A DNA stretch of 64,000 nt from Raja brachyura (GCA_963514005.1 OY740781.1:102240001-102304000), one strand, 5' to 3'. Counted from the first letter of the stretch, positions 13,101 through 27,531 are shown. A program made the numbers and translations. Notes: generated from the letters alone by a model not told the origin.

Positions 13101-13779
13101 TCTTGGAACGCATTAATCCTGTGCTGTCACAGTCAATAGAAGAGTGTCTTGAGAGCAATGTCAACAGTGATAAGGTCAACCTGAGAGCCAGATCATCAAA
13201 TAACAACGGAAGCATTGATCTTGTACCAACTATCAGGAGTGAGAAAAGCGTAAAGGTTCAGAAGCAAAACAAACTAACAAACTTGTTGGAAACAAGAAAT
13301 CACTGCAGTGATAAATGAACTGTCAACATTTTCCGTGAAGACCTTTCATGTGGATTGAAAGCCTGGAGGGGAGACAGTCAGTACAAAAAGGTGGTGGGTG
13401 CGGGTTGCCAATTGGAGTTGAGTGTAGATGGGCAGATGAAGTTGGTGTGGTTGAAGCTGGGTGGGAGATGAGAGTTGATGTGGATGAAGCAGCTGATCAA
13501 TGTTTGTTAAATAAGAATCTTCCACCCAAAGTGTTGCCAATTGTTCTTGAAGATATCTTCAAGGACTCCGTAGATAATGTCATTCCTGGCTTTCACTCCT
13601 AGAAGTTCATGGTATTTCAGTTATTGATTTTGAGAATAAAGTGGCTATGTATCAATGTTGGAATGAAGGCACATTACATGCATGGACTACAGAATTATGC
13701 AAAGTTTGTGTTAATATTTATATACATTATGTAATGGATGCAACCCCCCTCCTAGGTGGTTAAAATCCCATAAGAGCTT

Positions 13780-14170
13780 CATAAGCAGTGTCACCCTATT
13801 GGAATCAACACCAAACTGAAGCTTGCCTCCAGATGTGGAAGAACAGACTAGCCACCGTCCCTATTTCCTCCAGCAGCAGAGCGCTGACCATCAGGTGCTG
13901 ATAAACACTGGCTGAACTGGAGATGTTTCAACTGACTACGAACCGGGGTCGGGCGGTCAAGGGTGACAATGCACAAATGGGGCTACATGAGGGTACAACA
14001 ACCTGTGACTGTGGTACACAGACCCAGACAGCGCAACACCTACTGCAATGCCCATTGCTGGATAGTCCATGTACTATTGCAGACCTTGCACTTAACACAC
14101 CAATAGCGCAATGATGTGTACAGCAGTGGCGAGCCACTTTATAGCATACGGACACGAAAGAAGAAGAAAC
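13780..14170 (+). mobile_element. Non-LTR retrotransposon 3' fragment with C-terminal CCHC motif (clade uncertain)
   Basis: CDCGTQTQTAQHLLQCP followed by a (gaa)n tail. Confidence 0.55.
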
Positions 14171-14237
14171 GGATGCAAGTGACATTGAGAAGATATCAAT
14201 GCAGATCAAATTTATAGTCACATTCATAGAACTCATA

Positions 14238-14712
14238 AATTTACGAAGATGTTGCCAGGACTAGAGGGTCTGAGCCATATGGAGACGTTGAGTAGGCTGA
14301 GACTCTATTCCTTGGAGCGCAGGAGGATAAGGGGTGATCTTATAGAGGTGTATAAAATCATGCGAGGAATAGATCGGGTAGATGCATGGAGTCTCTTGCC
14401 CTGAGTAGGTGAATCGAGCACTAGAGGACATGGGTTTAAGGTGATGGGGAAACGATTTAATAGGAATCTGAGGAGTAACTTCTTCATACAAAGGGTGGTG
14501 GGTGTATGGAGCATGCTGCCAGAGGAGGTAGTTGAGGCTGGGACTATCTCAACGTTTAAGAAACAGTTAAATAGGTACATGGATAGGGCAGAATTAGAGG
14601 GACATGGACCAAACGTGGGCAGATGGGGCTCGAGTCGCTCGGACATGTTGGCCGGTGTAGGCAAGTTGGGCCAAAGGGCCTGTTTCCACACTGTATGACT
14701 CTATGACTCTAT
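14238..14712 (+). mobile_element. CR1 3' fragment
   Basis: NFFIQRVVGVWSMLPEEVVEAGTISTFKKQL; (atgactct)n tail. Confidence 0.9.
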
Positions 14713-16544
14713 AACAATGAAATAGCCTTTTGATCCAGCTCATCCATGCTGGCTAAGAGGCCCCATCCAAGCTAGCTATATTTGTCCACACCTGGTCCAC
14801 ATTGCTTTAAACCTTTCCTATGAGATTTATGATAATTGGTCACATTTATTAAACGTATACAAATATTTCATTAAACATTTGGTTGATTTGACTTTTTGTG
14901 TGTAAAATAGCAACTTGGTGACAGCTGTTTTATTTCCTTTTGGAAAGGGGAAGTGGTGCTGTGCATTGTAAATGTATCTTTAAGAGTGCACTGTGTGATA
15001 TCACATTGATCGATTGCTACATGATTGCTATACAATCGATCTGTTGTTTAATTGGAGAACGACAGACCTAGATCCCACAAACACTACATGTATGAGGAGG
15101 AGTTTGCCAAGTAAGCAAGATGTCCTGCAACTCTTGAAAAAAAATATTTCACCGTGTTTCGGATCGACGTGAATGTCACAATACTTATTAATTTCTTTGT
15201 TGCATAGATTGTGTAATTCCCACAGTTCAAAAAAAATTATGTTTTTTGATATTTTAAGACATTTTAAAAATATGTTTGTAAATGTTTAGTATACTTTGTA
15301 ATTAAAATTGCATTTCTGGATAATTTTCTGTCTGGTTATTAAAACCAATAATCAATGAGGAAATTAAAGATTATTTAAAGATAAAATAAAAAGTTTCATT
15401 ACGTTGAATAAAATCATCAGCATCAAAGCAATACTGTTAATTATTTTATACTGTGTATTACAAAAGTTTACACATAAATCAAGGCTTACAAGGATATTTT
15501 AAAAACCATGAGTTAGGATTTTTGCCGACAGGCAATTTGATACAGGAGTAAGAAAATTCACTGTAACAATATTAGGATAGACTCATAAAAAAGATCAGAA
15601 GGACATCAAGTCATATGATCTAATATTTCCTCAAATAACTTATTGGGAACTCTTTCTGCTTGTTATGTTGACTGCCTTCTGTTTAAAAAAAAACCTTCAT
15701 GCCGTCTGTTCTGAACTTGCACCTCATTGCCGAGGAAATCAGGCATGTAAGCCATGTTGATGCACTGGACTGGCAGAAAAACTGTACACATTGCCAGGGA
15801 AATTGGATTCTATGGGCACATGGACTCAGAAGACTTTCAGGGTAATCAGACAATGCAGATGTGTTATTTACACTGCCAAGAAAGGCAGATTTTCACACTT
15901 ACCTGAACGCAAGGGAAATTGAATGTTATAGATATATAAACCCACCGGACTGCCAAATAAATAAAACTGTTGATGCATAGATTTACTAGACTGCTGGGAA
16001 AATCAGATATTGTGGATGGATAAACCCATAGGACTACAGGATAATCAGGGTAATGAGACAAAGCAAATGCTCAAAACCACTAGAATGCAAGAAATGAGAC
16101 TCATTAACCTAATAGTCTACCGAGGCTTTTGGATATAAAACCAAAATTATACCAAAGAAGAAATGAAACCAGGACCTTGTTTTGTAAAAAATATATATTT
16201 TTGCCTAAATTATATTTGCTTTTTTTGGCAGCGATATTGATTGCAATTATCCATTCACAGAAAAATATAATAATCCCTAAATCAAGCAGAGAGCTGCCAT
16301 AGTTAGAGTGATAGAATCATAAATAATACAGCAGGGAAATAAATCCTTTGGCCTAAATCACCCATGCTGACCAAGCTGACTACTAGTTGCTACCAAGTGC
16401 ATGTGTTTAGTCCATATCCCTCTCAACCTTTCCTATCCATGCACCTATCTAAATATATTTTAAACACTCTAAATGTATCCACTAAGGCACATTGAATGAT
16501 TGTCAATACATTTTGTATCTTAAATGATGCTTTTTCCCTTATCC

Positions 16545-16680
16545 CTAACCAGTCTGATAAAGGGTCTCGACCCGAAATGTCACCTATTTCTTCTCTCTGG
16601 AGATGCTGCCTGCCACACTGAGTTACTCCAGCTTTTTGCGCCTATCTTTGGTTTAAACCAGCATCTGCAGTTCCTTCTTC
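16545..16680 (+). mobile_element. Penelope terminal fragment with degenerate hammerhead motif
   Basis: ctgataa-a-gggtctcgaccc-gaaa-t-gtc at 16554-16581, then ...gcatctgcagttccttc. Confidence 0.75.
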
Positions 16681-17004
16681 ATATTGCTTTTTATTCTGAG
16701 TGGTTCAGTTATATCATATTAGATTGTCATTTGTATTTAATGTGTATTTCTCAAGTCTGAAAATCATATCCTCCCACAGTTTAAATAGTCTGCATAACAT
16801 TGCTGTTAACACTCACAGATTCAAGGATGGAAATTGAACTTGTTGGCATCCTTTATCGCACAGAAATTGGTTTGGACCTTTGGAGCGTTGAAACCTTGTT
16901 GCACTTATCACAAAAGGATTTTGTTTCCTTACAAAAGAATGCCACAATCTAGTTTGAAAGATGAGTTAGGGTGGTTTACGCCTAGAAACAAATGCAAAAA
17001 TGTA

Positions 17005-17692
17005 TTAAAGAAGGAACTGCAGATGCTGGAGAATCGAGGGTTACACAAAAAGCTGGCGAAAATCAGCGGGTGCAGCAGCATCTAAGGAGCGAAGGAGATA
17101 GGCGACGTTTCGGGTCGAGACCCTTCTTCCTTTTTTTTTAATAATAATATATTTTATTGTCATTGCACAGAGGTACAATGAGATTTGGTATGCAGCTTTC
17201 ATCTGATGTCATAACTTAATTAGCTAAAAATGTAGACATCCAGAGAAACAAGATTTAAAAAAAAACAGTAAAACAGTTTAAAGTGCAAATAGGCCTGTGC
17301 CGGGTCGATGTGCGATGTGACCATCCGAGGGAGACAGTTCATGGCGGGGAGGGGTTGGGGGGGCACTCAGCAGGGCCAGTTCAGAGCAGCTATAGCTCTG
17401 GGGATGAAGCTGTTCCTAAGTCTGGAGGTGCGGGCGTAGAAGGCCTTGTAACGTCTGCAGAATGGTAGATGTTCGAACAGACTATTGCAAGGGTCTGAGG
17501 AGTCTTTATGAATGCTGACAGCCTTCCTGAGGCACCATGTGTGGTAGATGCCCTCCAAGGCTGGTAGCAGTGTCCCAATTATCTTCTGCGCTCTGTGGAC
17601 GACCCACTGAAGAGCTCTCCTCTCCGCCTTCGTGCAGCTGAGATACCACACACACACAGATGCCACGGAAGAAGGGTTTCGGCCCGAAACGT
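17005..17692 (-). mobile_element. Composite insertion: Penelope terminus + Rex1 3' fragment + inverted hammerhead fragment
   Basis: 12-bp TSD tgcaaaaatgta at 16993-17004 and 17693-17704. Rex1 peptide RRYKAFYARTSRLRNSFIPRAI lies inside. Confidence 0.8.
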
Positions 17693-19200
17693 TGCAAAAA
17701 TGTAGTTCCCTAAGGTGTAGCCTCAATTGAAAAGAGTTGCCAACACTTTACTTTACAGCAAGCGCAGAAGGGCATTTTGGTTTGAATAAAGGTGAAAGTA
17801 AAGAAGTTAGGACTGATTTAGACCTAAACAGTGTTAGGTTTAGGTAAGGAAATAGGTTTGTTTTTGTCACGTGTAATAGGGTACAGAGAAAAGATTTCCA
17901 TCCAATCAAGTCAGATAATACTGTACCTAAATATAGTCTTGGCAGTGTTATAGAGTCATAATGTTCTACAGCATGCAAACAGACCCTTTGACCCAACTTG
18001 CCTACACGACCAACATCTCCAATCCACATTTGATCCACATGCCTGCATTTGGCCCATATCCCACAAAACCACATATCCATGTAGCTGTCTAAATGTTCTG
18101 AAACCTTGCGATAGTAGCTACTACAAGTGGACTTATATTTGCCACCTGCCCTAAAGTCCCCAATCCAATTGAGGGCCCAACTATGGCCATAATGAAGTCT
18201 CCATCATGATGCAATATCAGTTTGCTTATATACCACCTGAGAATATGGGATGGCGATAAATGTAGCCATGTTTGCTCCTTAAAAGGTAGGTGGAGAATTC
18301 CTTGCAATTAATTAGTTAATTGATTAATTAATTAATTTAGTTTTGTTAGAAGTACAGTAATGTGGTACCTAAGTACCTGATGCATACAGACATATTACGG
18401 TTCTTGTACAACTTCTTATTTTTAATTTAATAATAAAAGAACAATGATAGAAATAAGAAAATAGAGGTGTCGGAGGCAATGGTGATGGTGCTAATTCGTG
18501 ATATAATAAGAAAAGTCCAAAAAAGAGACAGATAGACAAGAGAGTAGAAACAAATAGCGAGAGTGACAGAAAGAAGAAGCTACAGAGATTAAAAAAAAAG
18601 AAGGAAGGAAAATAAATTAGGAGAAATATATCTATTTAATATCTTTACCCACCCGTCACCCGGTTCTGAACCATTTAATTTCTAAGGCTATGTTGCACCA
18701 TATGCTTGTAAGAAGTCGATAAAAGGAGACCAAATCTTTAAGAATTGGTCTACTTTGCCTAATAGGAGGAATCTCATTTCTTCAAGATGCAATGTTTCCG
18801 ACATATTTGAAACCCACATTTTAAACGTTGGCGTGGATGCGTTTTTCCAAAATTTAAGTATAAGTTTTTTTGCTATTATTAAACCATAATTAAAGAGAGA
18901 TGCTTGGAACGTAGTTACCTTATGTCCCTCTTCCATTGTTCCGAAGGTAATCAGTTCTGTGTTGGGGTTCAATTTTATGTTAAATAGTTTTGTAAAAGTT
19001 CCAAAGATTTTGTTCCAAAATGTATGAAATTTTGTACAGGATACAAAGGAATGTGCTATAGTGGCATTTTTAGTTAAACATTTGTCACAAATGGGGGAAA
19101 CATTTTGAAATATTTTGTTCAGTCTAGTTTTCGAGTAATATAATCTATGTAAAATTTTAAATTGAATTAAGTTATGCCTTACATTAATCAAACATTTATG

Positions 19201-22200
19201 TCCCTGGTGCCAAGGTCTCGGACGTGTCTCAACGTGTCCAAGATATCCTCAAATCAGAGGGAGAGGAGCCTGAGGTCGTGGTACATATAGGTACCAATGA
19301 CATAGGTAAAAAAAGGGAAGAGGTCCTGAAGGGAGGATTTAAGGACTTGAGAGGAGAGTTGAGGAAAAGCACCAAAAAGGTAACAATCTCAGGATTACTG
19401 CCAGTGCCACACGACAGTGAGGGTAGAAATGGAGCAAGGTGGAAGATAAATGCTTGGCTGAAAGACTGGTGCAGAGGGCAGGGATTCAAGTTTCTGGATC
19501 ATTGGGACTTCTTTTGGGGTAGGTGGAACCTGTACAGAAAGGATGGGTTGCACCTGAACCCGAGGGGGACCAATATCCTGGCAGGGAAATTTGCAAAGGC
19601 CACTGGGGAGACTTTAAACTAGAATGGTTGGGGCGAGGGATGCAAATAGCAAAAGCTACTACACAGAATGGGAGGCAGGAAGCAGAAAAGGGAAGCACTC
19701 GGACACAAGAGGAGAATGAAAGAAAAGGAAATAAACAGAGAATAAGAGATGTGCATATTTTAATGCTAGGAGCATTGTAAGAAAGTTGGATGAGCTTAGA
19801 GTCTGGATAGACACCTGGAAGTATGATGTTGTGGTGATCAGTGAAACATTGTTGCAGGAGGGCTGTGATTGGAAACTAAATATTCCAGGATTTCGTTGCT
19901 TCAGGTGTGATAGAATTGGAGGGGCAAGAGGTGGAGGTGTTGCATTGCTAGTCAGGGAAGTTATTACAGCAGTGCTTTGGCAGGATAGATTGGAGGGCTC
20001 ATCTAGGGAGGCTATTTGGGTGGAACTGAGAAGTGGGAAAGGTGTAGAACACTTATAGGGGTATATTATAGACCGCCAAATGGGGAACGAGAATTGGAAG
20101 AGCAAATATGTAAAGAGATGGCAGATATTAGTAGTAAGCACAAGGTAGTGATTGTGGGAGATTTCAACTTTCCACACATAGACTGGGAAACACAGTCTGT
20201 AAATGGGCTGGATGGTTTGGAGTTTGTAAAATGTGTGCAGGATAGTTTTTTGCAGCAATACATAGAGGTGCCTACTAGAGGAGGGGCAGTGCTGGACCTC
20301 CTGTTAGGAAATGAGACAGGACAGGTGGCGGAGGTATGCGTTGGGGAGTACTTTGGGTCCAGTGATCACAATACCATTAGTTTCAATATAATTATGGAGA
20401 ATGACAGAACTGGGCATAGGGTTGAGATTTTTGATTGGAGAAAGACTAACTTTAATGAAATGCGAGATGATTTAAAAGGAGTGAACTGGGACATTTTGTT
20501 TTATGGGAAAGATGTAGAAGAGAAATGGAGGACATTTAAAGGGGAAATTTTAAGAGTACAGAATCTTTATGTTCCTGTTCGGTTGAAAGGAACCAGTAAA
20601 AATTGGAAAGAGCCCTGGTTTTCAAGGGAAATTGGACATCTTGTTCGGAAAAAGAGGGAGATCTACAATAATTATAGGCAGCATGAAGTAAATGAGGTGC
20701 TTGAGGAGTATAAGGAATGTAAAAAGAATCTTAAGAAAGAAATTAGAAAAGCTAAAAGAAAATATGAGGTTGCTTTGGCAAGTAAGGTGAAAGTAAATCC
20801 AAAGGGTTTCTACAGCTATATTAATAGCAAAAGGATAACAAGGGATAAAATTGGTCCATTGGAGGGACCGAGTGGACAGCTATCTGCAGTGCCAAAAGAG
20901 ATGGGGGAGATATTGAACAATTTCTTTCCTTCGGTATTCACCAAGGAGAAGGATATTGAATTATGTGAGGTAAGGGAAACTAGTAGAGTAGCTATGGATA
21001 CTATGAGTTTCAAAGTAAAAGAAGTACTGACACTTTTGAAAAATATAAAAGTGAATAAGTCTCCAGGTCCTGGCAGTATATTCCCTAGGACATTGAGGGA
21101 AGTTAGTGTAGAAATAGCCGGGGCTATAACAGAAATATTTCAAATGTCATTAGAAACGGGAATAGTCCCCGAGGATTGGCGTACTGCACATGTTGTTTAA
21201 AAAGAGTTCTAAGAGTAAACCTAGCAATTATAAACCGGTTAGTTTGACTTCAGTGGTGGGCAAATTAATGGAAAAGATACTTAGAGATAATATATATAAG
21301 CATCTGGATAAACAGGGTCTAATTAGGAACAGTCAACATGGATTTATGCCTGGAAGGTCATGTTTGACTAATCTTCTTGAATTTTTTGAAGAGGTTACTA
21401 GGGAAATTGACGAGGGTAAAGCAGTGGATGTTGTCTATATGGACTTTAGTAAGGCCTTTGACAAGGTTCCTCATGGAAGGTTGGTTAAGAAGATTCAACT
21501 GTTGGGTATAAATGCAGGAATAGCAAGATGGATTCAACAGTGGCTGAATGGGAGAAGCCAGAGGGTAATGGTGGATGGCTGCTTGTCGGGTTGGAGGCAG
21601 GTGACTAGTGGGGTGCCTCAGGGATCTGTGTTGGGTCCTTTGTTGTTTGTCATGTACATAAATGATCTGGATGAAGGGGTGGTAAATTGGATTAGTAACT
21701 ATGCTGATGATACCAAGATAGGGGGCGTCGTGGATAATGAAGAGGATTTCCAAAGTCTACAGAGTGATTTAGGCTAGTTGGAAAAATGGGCTGAAAGATG
21801 GCAGATGGAGTTTAATGCTGATAAATGTGAGGTGCTACACCTTGGCAGGACAAATCAAAATAGGACGTATATGGTGAATGGTAGGGAATGGAAGAATACA
21901 GTTGAACAGAGGGATCTGGGAATAACCGTGCATAGTTCCTTGAAGGTGGAATCTCATATAGATAGGGTGGTAAAGAAAGCTTTTGGTATGCTAGCCTTTA
22001 TAAATCAGAGCATTGAGTATAGAAGCTGGGATGTAATGTTAAAATTGTACAAGGCATTGGTGAGACCAAATCTGGAGTATGGTGTACAATTTTGGTCGCC
22101 CAATTATAGGAAGGATGTCAACAAAATAGAGAGGGTACAGAGGAGATTTACTAGAATGTTGCCTGGGTTTCAACAGCTAAGTTACAGAGATAGGTAGAAT

Positions 22201-22630
22201 AAGTTGGGTCTTTATTCTCTGGAGCGCAGAAGGTTAAGGAGGGACTTGATAGAGGTCTTTAAAATGATGAGAGGGATAGACAGAGTTGATGTGGACAAGC
22301 TTTTCCCTTTGAGAATGGGGAAGATTCAAACAAGAGGACATGACTTTAGAATTAAGGGGCAGAAGTTTAGGGGTAACATGAGGGGGAACTTCTTTACTCA
22401 GAGAGTGGTAGCGGTGTGGAATGAGCTTCCAGTGGAAGTGGTGCCAGCAGGTTCGTTGGTATCATTTAAAAATAAATTGGATAGGCATATGGATGAGAAG
22501 GGTATGGAGGGTTATGGTATGAGTGTAGGCAGGTGGGACTAAGGGAAAAAAGTTGTTCGGCACGGACTTGAAGGGCCGAGATGGCCTGTTTCCGTGCTGT
22601 AATTGTTATATGGTTATATGGTTATATGGT
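19201..22630 (+). mobile_element. CR1 LINE (ORF1 SGNH-esterase C-terminus plus near-complete ORF2 with frameshifts/stops) inserted in L1 ORF2
   Basis: VVHIGTNDI...DGLHLN; GVYYRPP, VGDFNFP, SDH; GVPQGSVLGP, YADD; (atatggtt)n tail. The L1 sequence rejoins across the insertion. Confidence 0.95.
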
Positions 22631-23129
22631 ACACATAATAGGTTTTTTCCCATCTGCCTTTCGGAATTTTTATCAATAATGCTTGTTCCCAGTCCTTTTA
22701 AATGCCTCTGTCGTTGGTGTTTCTATATTTAAAATTATATTTTATAAATATGATATTAAATTGCATGATTCTGCCTTTCTGTTTATTCCTTCATCTAATA
22801 AATCTGAGGTTAGAGTTTGATATCCTTGTATGTGTTTTTTCAAATAATCTCGAATTTGAAGGTATTTGAAATATTGATTACTTTTCAGCTTATATTTTAA
22901 TTGCAGTTGTTGGAATGATAGAAGTTTTCCCATTTCATACATATCTCCAATCATTTTAATTCCTATTCTTTCCCAAAGGATAAACATTTTATCAATAATA
23001 TATGGTTTGAATGAGGGATTGTTAACTATTGGGGAAAGAAGCGATGTTTCTTAATTTTAAAGTTAATTTTATTTGTTTCCAAATTCGCATTATACTGTGA
23101 ATAATTGGATTCTTCTTATATAGTATATT

Positions 23130-25264
23130 AACATAGAAACATAGAAACATAGAAAATAGGTGCAGGAGGAGGCCATTCGACCCTTCAAGACAGCACCGCC
23201 ATTCATTGTGATCATGGCTGATCGTCCGCTATCAATAACACATGCCTGCCTTCTCCCCATATCCCTTGACTCCCCTAGAGCTCTATCCAACTCTCTCATA
23301 AATCCATCCAGTGATTTGGCCTCCACTGCCCTCTGTGGCAGAGAATTCCATACATTCACAACTCTCTGGGTAAAAAAGTTTTTTTTCTCTCCTGAGTCTT
23401 AAATGACCTCCCCTTTATTCTAAGACTGTGGCCCCCGGTTCTGGACTCACCCAATATTGGGCACATTTTTCCTGCATCTAACTTGTCCAGTCCTTTTATA
23501 ATTGTATATGTTTCTATAAGATCCCCCCTCATCCTTCTAAACACCAGTGAATACAAGCCTAGTCTTTTCAATCATTCCTCATATGACAGTCCCGCCATCC
23601 CAGGGATCAATCTCGTGAACCTACGATGCACTGCCTCAATCACAAGGATGTTCATCCTCAAATTAGGAGACCAAAACTGTAAATACTCCAGATGTGGTCT
23701 CACCAGGGCCCTACACAACTGCAGAAGAATCTCTTTACTCCTGTACTGAAATCCTCTTGTTATGAAGGCCAACATTCCATTAGCTTTCTTCACTGCCTGC
23801 TGTACCTGCATGCCAACTTTCAGTGACTGGTGTACAAGGACACCCATGTCTCGCTGTACATCCCCCTTACCTAATCTAACCCCATTGAGATAATAATCTG
23901 CCCCCTTGTTTTTGCCGCCAAAGTGGATAACCTCACATTTATCTATATTATACTGCATCTGCCATGCATCTGCCCACTCACTCAACCTGTCCAGGTCCCC
24001 CTGCAACCTCCTAACATCCTCATCACAGTTCACACTGCCACCCAGCTTTGTTTCATATGCAAACTTGCTAGTGTCGCTCCTAATTCCCTCTTTCAAATCA
24101 TTGATATATATGGTAAACAGTTGCAGCCCCAACACCGAGCCTTGCAGCACTCCACTCGCCTCTGCCTGCCATTCTGAAAAGGCCCCGTTCACACCTACTC
24201 TTTGCTTCCGGTCTGTCAACCAATTTTCTATCCATGTCAACACCCTACCCCCAATACCATGTGCCCTAATTTTAGTCACCAGTCTCCCGTGTGGGACCTT
24301 ATCAAAGGCTTTCTGAAAGCCTAGATACACTACATCCACTGGCACCCCTTCATCTATTTTACTTGTCACATCCTCAAAAAATTCCAGAAGATTAGTCAAG
24401 CATGATTTCCCTTTCATAAATCCATGTTGACTTGGACTAATTATTTTACTGCTATCCAAATGCTACATATAACCATATAACCATATAACAATTACAGCAC
24501 GGAAACAGGCCTTCTCGGCCCTTCCAGTCCGTGCCGAACATTTATTTCTTTGTTGCCCATACATTATTACCTCTTTAATAATTACCTCCATTATTACCTC
24601 TTTAATAATTGACTCCAGCATCTTTCCCACCACTGAAGTCAGGCTAACTGGTCTATAATTCCCCATTTTCCCCCACGCTCCTTTCTTGAAAAGTGGGATA
24701 ACATTAGCTATCCTCCAATCCACAGGAACTGATCCTGAATCTATTGAACATTGGAAAATGATCACCAATGTATCCACTATTTCTAGAGCCACCTCCCTGA
24801 GGACCCTGGGATGCAGACCATCAGGCCCAGGGGATTTATCATCCTTCAGTCCCATTAGCCTACCCAATACTATTTCTCGCCTAATGATAAGTTCTTTGAG
24901 TTCCTCTACCTCCTTAGATCTTCTGTCCTCCAGTACATCTAGTAGATTGTTTGTGTCCTCCTTAGTGAAGACAGATCCGAAGTACCTATTCAACTCTTCT
25001 GCCATTTCCTTGTTGCCCATAATTATTTCACCCGTGTCTGCCTTCAAGGGACCCACATTTGAGTTTGCTACTCTTTTTCCCTTAACATATCTAAAGAAGC
25101 TTTTACTGTCCTTCTTTATATTCCTGGCCAGCTTCCCCTTATACTTCATCTTTTCAGCCTGTATTGCCCGTTTTGTTTCCTTTTGTTGTCCTATGAAAGT
25201 TTCCCAATCCTCTGGCTTCCGGCTACTCTTTGCTGTGTTATACATCTTTTCCTTTAGTTTTATT
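23130..25264 (-). mobile_element. CR1 LINE, second subfamily, 5'-truncated, inserted in L1
   Basis: KSPGPDGLHPRVL, SQHGFMKGKSCLTNLLEFFE; (catagaaa)n tail on plus; probable TSD tatatt at 23124-23129 and 25265-25270. Confidence 0.93.
24464..24555 (-). mobile_element. Short CR1 3' tail (same family as 19201-22630) inserted in the second CR1
   Basis: Reverse complement of ~22550-22630, including (aaccatat)n. Confidence 0.85.
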
Positions 25265-25521
25265 TATATTGTTCAGTTTCATCGGAGAAAGAAGGATCAG
25301 TCCAATATTATAGGGGGAACAATCCTCTTTCTCCATTCTTATCCAGTCTACTTGTTGGGCAGAACTGCCCAACCAGTAAATTATATTTTTAATATTCACT
25401 GCCCAATAGTAGTACAACAAATTGGGGAGTGTCAGTCCAACAAATTCTTTAGATTTACACAGATGTTTTCTTTGGATTCTATGTAATCTATCGTCCCATA
25501 TGAAAGTTGTAATATCAGTCT

Positions 25522-25920
25522 AGTTTTTTTTTAATTTTTTTTTTTTTTTTTAAATAATTTTTTATTAGACGTAACCAATTTACAATGTTTAAAGCAAGTT
25601 TACAAACATCAGCTTAATTCGGTATTTATACAAATAACACATTGATAATTATTATCTTCTATTTTTTTAGAAATAAAGGCAGGAAGAAAATAGAGCAGTT
25701 ATAAATCAATAAAGTTGTGATTAAATAATAATTTGATTATATATAAGAAAAGAGAGAAAAGGAAAAAAAAAAAAAAAATTTTTTAAACCACAAACAAAAA
25801 GGTGAAAAAATATTGTATATATATATATATAAATGAAAAACAACAAAATATATTGTAAATAAAACTATTACAAATAATAATATCAATAGAGACATGCATA
25901 TTAATCCTAGTTTGAAAATG
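25522..25920 (-). mobile_element. A/T-rich poly(A)-tailed 3' end, probably another L1, at the site where the host L1 RT core is lost
   Basis: Poly-T run followed by tttatt (AATAAA on minus). L1 ORF2 homology jumps across it. Confidence 0.5.
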
Positions 25921-27246
25921 AATTATTTTCCTGGTGATATACCTGGTGTATCATTAGTCTCAAAGAAGAATTTAATCTGCTGTTTTAAATATGTACAACC
26001 TTGTGCGTTGTTTAAAATTTGGGGGTTACACCTCCAGAATGATTTTTTATCAGACATTCCTTCTAATTTTAAGAAAAAAGTTAACGGGGAATGATCAGAA
26101 ATAATACTATTATGATATTTAGAGTTGTATGTGTACGGAATTAATTGCATGTCCACTAAAAAATAGTCGATATGTGAATAGGTTTTATGTACTGTTGAAT
26201 AAAATGAGTATTCCCTTCCAACTGGATTAGCAATTTTCCATACATCTGTTATGTTTGTGTTTTTTATGTATGTATTTAGTTCACTAGTTATAGATTTTAT
26301 GTTAGTCCTTTTTTGTTTTGCTGATTTATCCAGATATGGATCTTGAACACAATTGAAATCTTCCCCTATTATTACATTTTGATAGTTAAACTCTGAAATT
26401 ATAACCAGAATTTATTGAAGAATTGAGGGTTATCAAAGTTGGGAGCATAAATGTTTATCATAGTAAGTGGGGTAGAGTGAATTTCTCCCGTAACTATAAC
26501 ATATCATCCTTCTTTATCTGCTATGACATTCTTTGATTTAAATGGTATACCTTTACGAATAATAATAGCCGTGCCTCTAGATTTAGAAGTAAATGAAGAG
26601 TGGTATGTTTGCCCAATCCAATTTGCCTTCAATCTTATCTGTGTTTGATGTTTCAAATGTGTTTCCTGTAAAAAAATTGTCAGATTTGAGTGCTTTTAAT
26701 TGGGCAAAAATCTTACCTCTTTTAATTGGTTCTGCTTATATTCCTACTTATATTCCTGCCAATATTCCCTTATATTCCTGCTACAAAATGTGATTCCTCC
26801 AGTTTTCTTTTGTTTATTGTCTTGCATTGTAAATCATGTTAATACCTTTAAGTCATATGGTGCAACCAAGTACCTCAAAACTCTAGGTAATGGGTGGTCA
26901 TCCACAGCTGTTAAATTTTGTTGGCATCTCCCCTTCAAAATAGACCTTAAAAAAGACCATAAAGTGTAAAGTGGTGAAAAGGTTATTGAAAAACAAAAAG
27001 TGATAATATAATATCTAAAAATAAAGGTATTATAAAAAAGAAACCACCTAAAGGTGGTAGGTAAGTTCTTGTTGACTTCCGTAGATGTTGTTATACATTC
27101 CGCTCTGCCCCCTTGAACAATTATTATTAAAAGGAAGAAAGGCTGGTTCAAAATTGAAAAATATATGTAAGAGAAAACGCATTTCAAATCTAACTATCCA
27201 AATGCATCTTCAAAAAATCCAACATTAAGTATACGCTAAAATATAC

Positions 27247-27531
27247 TGTAAACTATGACATCAGCCTAAACACGGGCCACTTATGCTCGAACCCTCGTCA
27301 GGAGATACGAGGGCGGGCATGTGACGTCATGGGCTAGAGGGAGTGTCCTGGTAATTAAGGTCTCTCACCTCAAGACCTTAAGGAGCAGTCAACAGGTAGC
27401 TGAGCCCGAGAGTACAACCTCGTTCAGCTAGACCAACATTGTAATATGGTTAACGCACCCACCTAACGTGTCACTACTGAATAAACAACACTTTGAACCA
27501 ACCTTTATTCTCCACGTATGGTGCCGCTACA
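27247..27531 (+). mobile_element. LTR (TGTA...TACA) followed by a tRNA-Trp-type PBS
   Basis: Internal AATAAA; tggtgacccccgac at 27533-27546 resembles the complement of the tRNA-Trp 3' end. No second LTR found. Confidence 0.75.

Noticed and set aside
13085..13602. Two ~80-aa ORFs
   Set aside because: No motif; probably very old LINE debris.
15864..16061. Hydrophobic minus-strand ORF with a CAG|GTAAGT donor
   Set aside because: No homology recognised; isolated donor-like sites are common by chance.
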